The translations under genes and the position numbers were made by a program. 64,000 bases of DNA from a virus: positions 1,064 to 65,063 of IMG/VR virus record IMGVR_UViG_3300048911_000270; one strand, 5' to 3'. Numbering within the stretch: position 1 is the first letter of the stretch; the number at the start of each line of letters is the position of its first letter. Positions 55,549 to 64,000 of the stretch are shown piece by piece. The notes below the pieces were generated by a model that was not told the DNA's origin, did no database searches, and saw nothing but the letters and a program-made list of their open reading frames with translations.

Positions 55549-55583
55549 CAGCCCCTCCCGAGTCGGCTCGGGAGGGGCTGTTT
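55549..55583 (+). terminator. Intrinsic terminator of the ncRNA
   Basis: CAGCCCCTCCCGAG-tcgg-CTCGGGAGGGGCTG-TTT. Confidence 0.8.
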
Positions 55584-55776
55584 GCGTGCTAGCCTCTTAC
55601 TTGCTACTGACAGTGAGGTCGCGATTCGGTTTTCGAGGACTTGGGCGTGACCTCACATAGCAGCAAACTGCCCCCTCCCGCGCTGTAGTCGGGAGGGGGC
55701 AGTTCTGCGATGCGACAACCCTCCCGGAGTCAGGAGGGAAGGCGCAACACTCACACCGGAGTCAGTAACACCGGGG

Positions 55777-55917
55777 TTAGCTCTTGCTGATCAGTCCCCG
55801 GGCCCGCTCGGCGGCAGCCCGCAGATCCTCGTCCGGCGCGGGGTCGGAGTCATCCGCCATCATCTCGTCGTACAGATCCGGCGGGACGACCGTCACATGT
55901 TCACTGCTCTGAGTCAT
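55777..55917 (-). CDS. Small peptide resembling the C-terminal half of DUF1778 antitoxins
   Basis: MTQSSEHVTVVPPDLYDEMMADDSDPAPDEDLRAAAERARGLISKS; RBS GATGGGG; hairpin downstream at about 55665-55702. Confidence 0.4.
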   Translation of the reverse strand: MTQSSEHVTVVPPDLYDEMMADDSDPAPDEDLRAAAERARGLISKS

Positions 55918-56072
55918 GCCCCCATCATGCACCCGCTGACGAGACGTCAACTACTAAATTGGTAGCTACTAGTAGGTAACTAGTAGTCCGGGATTCAAGT
56001 AGTGGGCCGTTCTGACGGGTCCTCCGGTACCTCCCGGAGACCTCTCCCCCGCTGAACCCCAATTCTCAACGC

Positions 56073-56185
56073 TGTGCCAGTGAATAGAGTATTCTGTGGC
56101 ACAAAATTAGCGCACAGTAACCGAATCGGTCACTGTGCGTATCAGTTTGCGGCCCCCGGCTACCCGGAACACATTCACTGGCACA
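56073..56185. other. Nested inverted repeats; candidate recombinase site
   Basis: Core GCGCACAGTAA-CCGAATCGG-TCACTGTGCGT (56110-56140) flanked by TGTGCCAGTGAAT / ATTCACTGGCACA. Confidence 0.55.
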
Positions 56186-56209
56186 ACCACCAGGACCGAG
56201 GACACCCAC

Positions 56210-57112
56210 ATGAGCCTTCCGCTGGAACGGGCCATCTCCCAATGGCTCGACACCACTCCGCCGCCCTTCACGGAAAGGACCACCGTCCGGGACTACCGGC
56301 TCACTCTCACCCGCTGCGCTGCATCCATCGGCTGCAACCAAGACGTTCGCAGCGTTCCCGGGGAGCAGTGGTACGCAACGTTGCTTGCACTGTGGGGCAC
56401 CAAGAGCCCCAGCACGTGGAACCGGAACCGGGCGGCCGTCCGGGCGTTCCTCCAGTACCTCCGGGACGCTGGAGAAGCCGACACGGAACTGCCCGCTCTG
56501 TGCAAGGCCCGCAAGGTCACCATCGACCGCACCAAGGCCGTGGACGAAGACGAGATCGAGCGCCTGTGGGCGGCCGAACTGCGCCTCCGGGAGCGGACGT
56601 TGTGGCGGCTGCTGTACGACACGTCCTCCCGCGCAGAGGCCATTTTGTCCCTGGACGTCCCGGACGTCGACCTCAAGAGGAACCGGGCCCGTACGGTTAT
56701 CAAGGGCGGCGACACCAACTGGATCTACTTCGACAACCCCAGCGCCAAGCTGCTGCGGGAGTACATCGGTCTCCGCACGGCTGGGCCTTTGTTCCTGACC
56801 GACGGCATGCCCCGGAACTGGCGCACCCGGGCGCCCGAGGACCGGGAACCCGGAGGTCGTCGCTACCGGCTGTCATACAACCGGGCGGAGCGCATCCTCA
56901 AGGAGACCACTGGAGGTTGGACGCTGCACCGGATCCGGCACTCCCGGCTGTCCCACCTTGCCGGTGATGGGATCCCGACACCGATGCTGATGGCCATCTC
57001 CGGGCACACCAGCCCGACCACCCTGCAACGCCGCTACGCCATCCCCTCCGGCGCCGCAGTGGCCCGCCTGTTCGAACAGATGCGCAAGAAGAACGGAAGC
57101 TCCGATGACTGA
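56210..57112 (+). CDS. Tyrosine recombinase (XerC/D-like, no arm-binding domain)
   Basis: R (SSR), K (IKGG), HRIRH, SGH, Y (RRY). Confidence 0.92.
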   Translation: MSLPLERAISQWLDTTPPPFTERTTVRDYRLTLTRCAASIGCNQDVRSVPGEQWYATLLALWGTKSPSTWNRNRAAVRAFLQYLRDAGEADTELPALCKARKVTIDRTKAVDEDEIERLWAAELRLRERTLWRLLYDTSSRAEAILSLDVPDVDLKRNRARTVIKGGDTNWIYFDNPSAKLLREYIGLRTAGPLFLTDGMPRNWRTRAPEDREPGGRRYRLSYNRAERILKETTGGWTLHRIRHSRLSHLAGDGIPTPMLMAISGHTSPTTLQRRYAIPSGAAVARLFEQMRKKNGSSDD

Positions 57113-57590
57113 TCAGCCTTTGCCGAACCTGGCGTTCATCCGCTCCCGGAAACGCGCCTATGAAGACGGCGTACCGGCGTGTTGGGACTGGGACCCAACA
57201 CGACCTGCCCTGTCGGAGGCTTACGCAGGGTTCTCCCCCGACACACTGGCGCTCCTGGGAGACGGGTTGATCCTCTCGTCCTGGCAGAGGGGCCGCTGTG
57301 CCGTCTGCGGGGGCAGAGAGCAGGTGGAGGACCACGACCACGAAACCGGGTACGTACGCGGCCTGCTATGTCGTTCCTGCAACTCAATGGAGGGGGCGGC
57401 CTACCGGGATTATCCGGTGTTCGAGAACTACCGGCAGCGGTACCCAACACTGATCCTTGGCCTGAAGATCCGCTATATCAACCCGCTAGGTCACCCCACA
57501 ACGCGTCAGGAACAACGGGATTGGGAGCAGCAGGTATTCGGGGACAAGCCGTCGGATTCGGGGGACAACGCCATGCGAGGAGTGCTGTGA
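57105..57590 (+). CDS. Endonuclease VII-domain protein
   Basis: QRGRCAVCG...DHDHETGYVRGLLCRSCN. Confidence 0.85.
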   Translation: MTDQPLPNLAFIRSRKRAYEDGVPACWDWDPTRPALSEAYAGFSPDTLALLGDGLILSSWQRGRCAVCGGREQVEDHDHETGYVRGLLCRSCNSMEGAAYRDYPVFENYRQRYPTLILGLKIRYINPLGHPTTRQEQRDWEQQVFGDKPSDSGDNAMRGVL

Positions 57591-57609
57591 GATGTGCTAG
57601 GGTAGATAC

Positions 57610-58011
57610 ATGACCGAAGACGAGTACACCGAACTGCTCAAGGACCGTTTCGCCGAACCCCGCGTCTACACCAGCGACTTCGACGGAGCCGACCGAACCC
57701 TCTTGTACGGCATGACCACCAAGGGCCTGACCTGGCACGTCTACCTCAAGGACAGCCACATCTGCCGCCTGACCTACACCGGCAACGAGGCGCGGGCCTG
57801 TGAGCACGCCACCGACTTCCGGGCCGACCTCCTGATCCCGTCCAAGGTGGTCTTCCCGGAGGCCACCGATCATCAGATGGCGCAGCGGCTCCAGGAGTTG
57901 GGCGTCTCGGTTCCGTACGCGCCGTTCAACGTGACCCGGCGGGACTATTACGCGGAGCTGGAGCGGGACAGGGGCGCCGAGTTCCTGGGGCTGCTCCCGA
58001 CGGACTTCTAG
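57610..58011 (+). CDS. Hypothetical protein, paralogue of 59229-59633 (leaderless)
   Basis: DRTLLYG...TWHVYLKD...FPEATD. Confidence 0.7.
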   Translation: MTEDEYTELLKDRFAEPRVYTSDFDGADRTLLYGMTTKGLTWHVYLKDSHICRLTYTGNEARACEHATDFRADLLIPSKVVFPEATDHQMAQRLQELGVSVPYAPFNVTRRDYYAELERDRGAEFLGLLPTDF

Positions 58012-58340
58012 TAGACCCCGAACACCACGAAAGGCCCGTCGCACCTAAGGGATGCGGCGGGCCTTTCGCGCAGCGTGCCCGATCCGATTCAGGTCACGGC
58101 CTCCTACGGTAGGGAGATCCGGGGGCGCAGGCAAGGGCGCACGGGTGCACGGAAGGCCCGTCCGGTCCTGCGCCAACAGGGTTGCTACCGGGCGGGCCTT
58201 GCGCTCTGTACGGGTTGGAGCCAGCAGCAGGCAGTGCACCCGTGGCTGACCAGAACTCCACCGTAGGGGGAGGCTGTTGACCTGGGCAAGCGGTACCGGT
58301 GATGTGGGACAGAACTGAATCAACCCGATAGGATAGATAC

Positions 58341-58580
58341 ATGACAACTGACGCTGACTTTTCCTGGCTTAACCGCACTTCCCCCACCGAGCCTGTTGTC
58401 CGCATACAACTGTCCCGGACCGAGATGGCCGCCCTGTTGCTCCTCGTTCGTCCCCGGGACCACGAGCGCGCACAGCGGCTTGTCCACGAGGTGTTCGGGA
58501 GCGACGCGGAGTGGGCCGGGCGGGAGATGAACGCCGTCGCGGAGCAGCTCGGATTTATCTACGACCGGGAGATGCAGTGA
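58341..58580 (+). CDS. Hypothetical protein (leaderless)
   Basis: ATG is part of a motif variant. Confidence 0.55.
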   Translation: MTTDADFSWLNRTSPTEPVVRIQLSRTEMAALLLLVRPRDHERAQRLVHEVFGSDAEWAGREMNAVAEQLGFIYDREMQ

Positions 58581-58858
58581 GCCACGAGAGCGAACATTCG
58601 TCCTACGCGGAGTGGGACAAGCTGACCGGCCCTCAGCGGCGGCTGGTCCGGCAATTCCTGGCTGATCTGGAGCGGGCCGTCGAGGCGCCGGAGTGGCGGC
58701 GGCCGGTCATGGTGCCGGGGGCGGCGTATCTGGTGCAGACGTACGGGGCGGCGATGGAGGATGCCGAGGCGGTGGCCCAGTGGTGCAGGAGGGCCCGGCA
58801 TGAAGATGCGGTGCGTGACCAGGTGCGGGGTACCCTGAAAGGTCATGTGCTAGGGTAG
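58577..58858 (+). CDS. Hypothetical protein
   Basis: GTG overlaps upstream TGA. Confidence 0.5.
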   Translation: MSHESEHSSYAEWDKLTGPQRRLVRQFLADLERAVEAPEWRRPVMVPGAAYLVQTYGAAMEDAEAVAQWCRRARHEDAVRDQVRGTLKGHVLG

Positions 58859-58862
58859 ATAC

Positions 58863-59165
58863 ATGGCTTACAACAACCGGACCGCCCGAGGGGCCGCCGC
58901 CCACAAAGAGGCGATGGCCCACATCGCCAAACTCACCCAGACCACCGAGATGCTGCGCAGCGCGCCCGCTCTGTGGCTGCCGGAGACGTGGCAGCGGGCG
59001 GCGTTTGGGGTGATGATGCTGGTGAACGTCTCGATGTCGTTCGTGACCCGTTTCCATTCGGCGTATCAGCCGTGGTGCCCGTACTGCCGTCGTGGCGGCG
59101 GGGGCGGGAAGCGGGCGCCGGAAGCCGCGCCGGATCCGTCGTCCAACCAGCCTGTTCCTGCCTGA
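58863..59165 (+). CDS. Hypothetical protein (leaderless)
   Basis: ATG is part of the motif; WCPYC. Confidence 0.55.
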   Translation: MAYNNRTARGAAAHKEAMAHIAKLTQTTEMLRSAPALWLPETWQRAAFGVMMLVNVSMSFVTRFHSAYQPWCPYCRRGGGGGKRAPEAAPDPSSNQPVPA

Positions 59166-59228
59166 CCCGCTGGGCCTGTGGGCCCCGGTTGCCTCGCGCA
59201 GCCGGGGCCCTCGTGTTAGGGTAGATAC

Positions 59229-59633
59229 ATGCTGATTGAAGAGTACGAATACCTGCAACGCAATCCCGAGTCCGCCCCGCTGATCCGGGCCACCGACCTT
59301 CCCAACAACCGGGAGGATCGCACCCTCCTCTACGGCTACACCGTGGAGCGCACCACCTGGCACGTCTACCTCAAGGACGGCCTGATCCACCGGATCGAGT
59401 ACCGGTCCGACGCCAAGGGGCCGTACATGGTGGGGGTCTGCCACGGCGTACAGAAGGCGTGGGCGCCGCGTCGTCTCCTGCCGGACAAGCGGGCCTACCC
59501 GGAGCGCACCGACTACCAGTTCGCCCGGCTGTGCCGGGACGCGGGATGCCGGATCGAGTTCACGACCTACGATGCAGACCGCGTTGTGCAGGATGCCGCC
59601 TTCCAGGGGCTCATCCTGGAGGAGATGGTCTGA
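59229..59633 (+). CDS. Hypothetical protein, paralogue of 57610-58011 (leaderless)
   Basis: DRTLLYG...TWHVYLKD...YPERTD. Confidence 0.7.
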   Translation: MLIEEYEYLQRNPESAPLIRATDLPNNREDRTLLYGYTVERTTWHVYLKDGLIHRIEYRSDAKGPYMVGVCHGVQKAWAPRRLLPDKRAYPERTDYQFARLCRDAGCRIEFTTYDADRVVQDAAFQGLILEEMV

Positions 59634-59792
59634 GAAACCGAGAAGCCCGTATGCGTGCCCCTGACCAGGGGGAGAGATCACGCGTACGGGCTTCTGCGAC
59701 GACACAGACCGGGTTATCTGAACCCAGGTACAGCGTACAGGACGTTCGCGGGGGTGTTAGCCACCCCCACCCCAATATGCTAGGGTAGATAC

Positions 59793-60086
59793 ATGGAACG
59801 ACACGAGATCGAAGAATTGCAGACCGAGGTCGGGGACCACCTGAAGAAGAACGGCTACCGGCCGTTCATCGAGTTCCGGGAGGACGAGACCGCCGACGAC
59901 GACCGGGGGCGCATCGAGATCTACTTCCTCGGTGTCCACGTCCAGACCATCCGGGACGTCAACAACCGCCCCGGCGGCTGGAACTACACCGACAAGGAGC
60001 AGACCACCCGGCGCGCCGAGAAGGCCGTCAAACACCTGTGGAACCTCGTGGGCGAGGCCACCCCCGAAACCCGGACGGAGTGGTGA
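59793..60086 (+). CDS. Hypothetical protein (leaderless)
   Basis: ATG is part of the motif; 97 aa. Confidence 0.6.
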   Translation: MERHEIEELQTEVGDHLKKNGYRPFIEFREDETADDDRGRIEIYFLGVHVQTIRDVNNRPGGWNYTDKEQTTRRAEKAVKHLWNLVGEATPETRTEW

Positions 60087-60388
60087 CCGTGGCGGTGAGC
60101 ATCCCCGAGGCGCTGCGCAGCATCGCAGACCTGGATGCGACGATCGATGATCTCCAGGAGCAGCGCGACCGGTTCACGGATCCGCTGGAGAAGGCCGCCA
60201 TGGCGTACCACGAGGGGAACCCGGCCAGCCATCCCCCGAACCGGCTGTCCTGCTCCCGCTGCCACTTCGTCTTCTGGCGGCAGGAGCAGGAGGTCATTCA
60301 CTTCGGGACCGACTGCTCCTGGTGCGGCAAGGACTCCGGCAGCGGTCTGACGGTGCACATCCAGCGGCTGGAACCGTTCATGAAGTAA
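60083..60388 (+). CDS. Hypothetical Zn-ribbon protein
   Basis: CSRC...CSWC; GTG overlaps upstream TGA. Confidence 0.55.
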   Translation: MTVAVSIPEALRSIADLDATIDDLQEQRDRFTDPLEKAAMAYHEGNPASHPPNRLSCSRCHFVFWRQEQEVIHFGTDCSWCGKDSGSGLTVHIQRLEPFMK

Positions 60389-60452
60389 GTGCTAGGGTAG
60401 ATACCTCGCCTTCACCGGCAGGTATCTACCCTCTCATCTTGAGGAAACCCGC

Positions 60453-61097
60453 ATGCCCAGATACGACCCCGAGCGCTACACCGCCACCCCCGACGACGTC
60501 CTCGAAGCCCTCGGCCCCCGCAGCCCCGACCCCTTCGGCCACGGCAGCACCCCGCAGACCGAGTTCACGATCGCTTCCCTGATCGCCTCCGACCGCCGTC
60601 TCGGCCGTCCCGGGGCCCCGCTCAGCAAGTTGATCAATCGCAGCAAACTGGCGTTGCTCCTGGAAGAAATGGCCTCCGACGGCCGTCTCGTGGGAATGAC
60701 GAGCAAGGAGTGGGCGGCTCTCAACCGGATTCCTCCGTCCCGTAGCAAGACCCCGCTTTATGTCACCCCGGAAAAGGCCCGCGAATGGGGAATGATGGAA
60801 AAGGCCCGACCTGAGACAGACCGCTGGACCCTCACCATTGAATTCGATGACCTGAAGACACAGAGCACCGTCGACCCGGAACTGACCTTCCCCCACGACG
60901 AGTGCAGCAGCCTTATCGCCTACATCGGAGACCTCTGGGGCATGCTGCCCGAACAGCTCACCGAGATCGCGGAGTGGACCTCCACCCGCATCACGCTCCA
61001 ACTGGACAACCTGGAGTTCGTCGGCGCCCTCGTGGATTGGGTCAGCCACAACACCGTCCCCCAGAACATCACCGTCACCCGCAACGAACCCCGCTAA
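60453..61097 (+). CDS. Hypothetical protein
   Basis: 214 aa; RBS GAGGA. Confidence 0.55.
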   Translation: MPRYDPERYTATPDDVLEALGPRSPDPFGHGSTPQTEFTIASLIASDRRLGRPGAPLSKLINRSKLALLLEEMASDGRLVGMTSKEWAALNRIPPSRSKTPLYVTPEKAREWGMMEKARPETDRWTLTIEFDDLKTQSTVDPELTFPHDECSSLIAYIGDLWGMLPEQLTEIAEWTSTRITLQLDNLEFVGALVDWVSHNTVPQNITVTRNEPR

Positions 61098-61218
61098 CTG
61101 CCGGGGAAATAGCTCGAAAAGGGGTCGTCCAATGGGCGGCCCCTTTTTCTGTGGGTTTTGTAATACTCGGATCGCTTCCATCGTGGAATACTTGAGAGGT
61201 CTACCTCTGGAGGCTGAA

Positions 61219-62127
61219 ATGACAGGCACTGTATGGGTTCCCGGCGTCGAGCGATTAGGTGACGGCTCGATCGGTGGGGGAATGGACACCCCCGGCAAGG
61301 CTCCCCGCGTCACGTGGCACACCACGGAAAGCGGCGCCGGTAATGCGGCGTTCGACGCGGTGGCCCGGTACCTCATCCAGGAGGGTTACGAGCCGCACTT
61401 CCTCTACGACCCGACCACGGACCGGCTAGGCCAGTTCGGGCCGCTGAACGAGTCCGCCAAGGCCCTCCAGAACGACGGCTCCGTCCGCACCAACCGGACC
61501 GGTCGGGTCAACATCCAGATCGAGGTCATGGCGCGTGCCGCGACCGCGTTCACCGGGTACTGGAAGCCCGGCCCGAATTTCCGGGCGATGATGGCCGCGA
61601 TCCGGAGCTGGGGCGTCCCGGACGTCTTCCCGCTGCCGCTGGCCTCCACGTCCTCCAACTGCGTGCGTACCCGCAGCGTGTGGGACGACACGCCGGGCCA
61701 CTACGGGCACTGCAACACCCCGGGCAACTCCCACTGGGATCCGGGCAACCTCAACACGAAGGCGCTGTTCGCGGCGGCCCCGGTCGCTGTCCCGAAGCCG
61801 ACCCCTAAGCCGACGCCGAAGCCCGCTCCGAAGCCGGTCGTCTACCTGTCGCGGATCGTCGCCGCCCGCGACAAGGATCTGCCCGCTGCCACCGGGCACA
61901 AGACGTACCCGGCGGACGTGAAGATCGTGGAGGCAGCCCTCCACGCCGAGGGCCTGCTCGGCTCCAAGTGGGTTGACGGCTCGTGGGGGTCCATGACGGA
62001 CGCGGCCTACCACAACTTCCGGATCAAGATGGGGTACACCGGGGCTGCGGCCGACGGTGACCCGGGCATGGAGTCCCTGTCGCTCCTGGGCAAGCGGCAT
62101 GGCTTCACCGTGAAGGCGAAGCCCTAG
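61219..62127 (+). CDS. Endolysin (N-acetylmuramoyl-L-alanine amidase plus cell-wall-binding domain)
   Basis: WHTTE, PHFLYD, NIQIE, GHYGHC..PGNSHWDPG; PKPT linker; VDGSWG...DGDPG. Confidence 0.9.
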   Translation: MTGTVWVPGVERLGDGSIGGGMDTPGKAPRVTWHTTESGAGNAAFDAVARYLIQEGYEPHFLYDPTTDRLGQFGPLNESAKALQNDGSVRTNRTGRVNIQIEVMARAATAFTGYWKPGPNFRAMMAAIRSWGVPDVFPLPLASTSSNCVRTRSVWDDTPGHYGHCNTPGNSHWDPGNLNTKALFAAAPVAVPKPTPKPTPKPAPKPVVYLSRIVAARDKDLPAATGHKTYPADVKIVEAALHAEGLLGSKWVDGSWGSMTDAAYHNFRIKMGYTGAAADGDPGMESLSLLGKRHGFTVKAKP

Positions 62128-62249
62128 CCAGCGGGTACGGCGAACCGCTCCGGATGCGTCCGGGGCGGTTTTTCGTTCCCCTGTTGTATCTACCCTAGTA
62201 CGTGTGCTAGTGTAGATACATCAGCAGGAACACCTACCGAGGAGATCCC

Positions 62250-63203
62250 GTGGCCGCCAAGTACGCCAAGAAGAGCCCCGCCTACGCCAAGAAGCTGGCC
62301 AACGAGCTGCACGCCCAGCTCACCGAGACCGTGGAAGCCCTCGTCACCTCCGACGCCTGGCCCAAGCTCCTCAAGACCATGGCGCAGCGCAACGGCACGG
62401 AGATCGGCCGCTACAGCTTCCAGAACATGCTGCTGGTCCTCTCGCAGTGCCCCGAGGCCACGGCCGTATGCAGCTTCAAGGCCTGGGTCGAGCGCGGCCG
62501 GGCGTCCGTCAAGGGCTCCAAGTCCCTGCGCATCTACGCGCCGATGACGCTCCGCGAGAAGGACCGCGACGGAAACGTCAGGAAGACCGAGGACGGCAAG
62601 GACCGTACGCGCGTCGGGTTCCGCATGATCCCCGTCTTCGACGTCTCGCAGACCGCGCCCCTGTGGCAGGACCCGTGCCAGGGGCCGATGTTCATCACGC
62701 CCTCGGTCGGCAAGCCCTCGATCGTCAAGCAGCTCCAGGGCAAGGCCCCCGAGGACATGTGGGACGCGGTCGCGGAGCAGATCGAGAACCTTGGGTACAC
62801 GATCGAGCGCGGCGCCACGGGCTCCGCGATGGGCTACACGAACCCCAAGAACAAGACCGTGCGCGTCTCTGACGGCGTCTCCGAGGCGCAGGCGGCCAAG
62901 ACCCTCGCGCACGAGCTGGCGCACATCCTCGCGGACCACGTCTCGGACCTGGCGGCCTACCGCGAGCACCGAGGAGAGGCGGAGACGGTGGCGGAATCCG
63001 TGGCATATATGATCAGCGCGTACTACGGGATGGACTCCGTAGCCTATTCTGCTCCTTACATCGGCACCTGGGCCGACAAGGACCCCGAGAAGGTCATGGC
63101 CACGGTCCAGGCCACGGGCAAGCAGGTGCTGCTGATGTTCCGGAAGTTCGTGACGGCGGTGGAGTCCCCCGAGCTGGAAGCGGCAAGGCTTATGCCGGTG
63201 TAG
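62250..63203 (+). CDS. ArdC-like antirestriction/ssDNA-binding protein with metallopeptidase-like domain
   Basis: RYSFQNMLL...F.AW...GR...KG...VFDVSQT; HELAH; EAETVAESVAY. Confidence 0.85.
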   Translation: MAAKYAKKSPAYAKKLANELHAQLTETVEALVTSDAWPKLLKTMAQRNGTEIGRYSFQNMLLVLSQCPEATAVCSFKAWVERGRASVKGSKSLRIYAPMTLREKDRDGNVRKTEDGKDRTRVGFRMIPVFDVSQTAPLWQDPCQGPMFITPSVGKPSIVKQLQGKAPEDMWDAVAEQIENLGYTIERGATGSAMGYTNPKNKTVRVSDGVSEAQAAKTLAHELAHILADHVSDLAAYREHRGEAETVAESVAYMISAYYGMDSVAYSAPYIGTWADKDPEKVMATVQATGKQVLLMFRKFVTAVESPELEAARLMPV

Positions 63204-63295
63204 CTCAGCCCTCACACCCCTAGCACGTAGAATGGCCAGTACAAGGCTCGCAACCTCTGTACTGGCCATTCTCTTTGCCCTAGGAGGGCTCTCAC

Positions 63296-63760
63296 ATGAT
63301 ACCGCCTCGCTACATCGTCCTTGCCAACGGAACCGTTATAGGTCCGCGCGGGAAACCCTTGAAGGCCAGCCCCAATAACCACGGCTACCCTGCGTTCACC
63401 GCATGGTGTTTCGGGAAGAAACGTACTTTCCTACTGCACCAGGTGATCTGTGAAGCCTTCCACGGGGTTAAGCCGTTCCCTGGTGCGCAGGCCCGCCACC
63501 TGGACGGCAACCCGCTCAACAACCGGGCCGACAACATCAAGTGGGGTTCGGCCAAGGAGAACATCGCAGATAAACGGGTCCACGGTCGTGTGTCCGAGGG
63601 GGAACGGAATGGTCAAGCCAAGCTGACTGCACCGCAGGTGTTGGCCATTCGGGAGCGCCGGGCAGCGGGGGTCTCGCAGGTCGGGCTAGCGCGGGAATAC
63701 GGCGTCACCGAGCGCGTTATCTGGCTCATTGTGACTCGCCGGGCGTGGCAGCACATTTAG
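63296..63760 (+). CDS. HNH endonuclease with C-terminal HTH
   Basis: HQVICEAFHG...RHLDGNPLNNRADNIKWGS.KEN; GERNGQAKLT; paralogue of 7975-8811. Confidence 0.88.
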   Translation: MIPPRYIVLANGTVIGPRGKPLKASPNNHGYPAFTAWCFGKKRTFLLHQVICEAFHGVKPFPGAQARHLDGNPLNNRADNIKWGSAKENIADKRVHGRVSEGERNGQAKLTAPQVLAIRERRAAGVSQVGLAREYGVTERVIWLIVTRRAWQHI

Positions 63761-63886
63761 GGCCCGACGGTAGATAAAAGGGGCGGGGAGTCTTCGGATT
63801 CCCCGCCCCTTTGTGCTAGGGTAGATACATCGAGTGAAGGCGGCATTTGCCCCTCCTCCCCCGAACGTCGACAAGGAGAGAAAGCC

Positions 63887-64000
63887 ATGACGGAGACCGA
63901 GACCGTAGACCAGAAGTTCGACCGCTGGACCGCTCGCCTCAAGGACATCATCGCGATGCGGTCGGGGCCGGAGCAGGACGAAGCGTGGAAGACCGCGCTG
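63887..64000 (+). CDS. Hypothetical protein (partial, runs off the window)
   Basis: RBS AAGGAG; downstream of the motif at 63813. Confidence 0.5.
   Translation, partial: MTETETVDQKFDRWTARLKDIIAMRSGPEQDEAWKTAL

Larger units (their letters stand above)
31813..63830. promoter_or_regulatory. Dispersed ~18 bp promoter/operator motif (G)TGCTAGGGTAGATAC(AT), about 30 copies
   Basis: Minus-oriented copies near 31813, 32058, 33245, 41261, 41782, 42329, 43097, 43370, 44001, 45352, 46135, 46756, 47211, 47482; plus-oriented near 35361, 48472, 48905, 49679, 50200, 52035, 53590, 54933, 55379, 57594, 58327, 58847, 59213, 59777, 60389, 62203, 63813; copies point into the downstream gene. Confidence 0.9.

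Overview
The whole 64 kb window is a GC-rich siphovirus of Actinomycetota, most likely a Streptomyces phage; no host DNA or att junction is visible. Positions 1-31 kb hold a leftward virion module: tape measure with a C-terminal lytic transglycosylase, tail chaperone with a -1 frameshift, major tail, adaptors, capsid, protease/scaffold, beta-helix tailspike, two large head-cargo proteins with ADP-ribosyltransferase (ART) domains (one also with a HipA/PI3K-like kinase), MuF, portal and large terminase. HNH genes and a rightward helicase-like gene interrupt this module. Positions 31-64 kb hold many small genes transcribed divergently from about 47.7 kb, marked by about 30 copies of a (G)TGCTAGGGTAGATAC(AT) promoter-like motif. 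The main observations are: (i) about 27 in-frame TTA codons across most virion genes and the endolysin but none found in the motif-driven genes I checked, suggesting bldA-gated late expression; (ii) a phage-borne graspetide-type RiPP precursor plus ATP-grasp maturase; (iii) a ~150 nt tRNA-mimic ncRNA with three T-loops and its own promoter and terminator; (iv) a 17 nt insertion frameshifting a tail-completion gene, with features compatible with ribosomal hopping; (v) a DUF2637-like membrane protein whose coding sequence contains a frame-independent YTGGCG DNA repeat array; (vi) ART writers plus an ADP-ribosylhydrolase eraser, a Tad1/Acb2-like small protein and a catalytically dead RNase AS homologue; (vii) two copies of an iteron-rich origin-like element. 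All family calls come from motif recognition by eye; no database searches were run.
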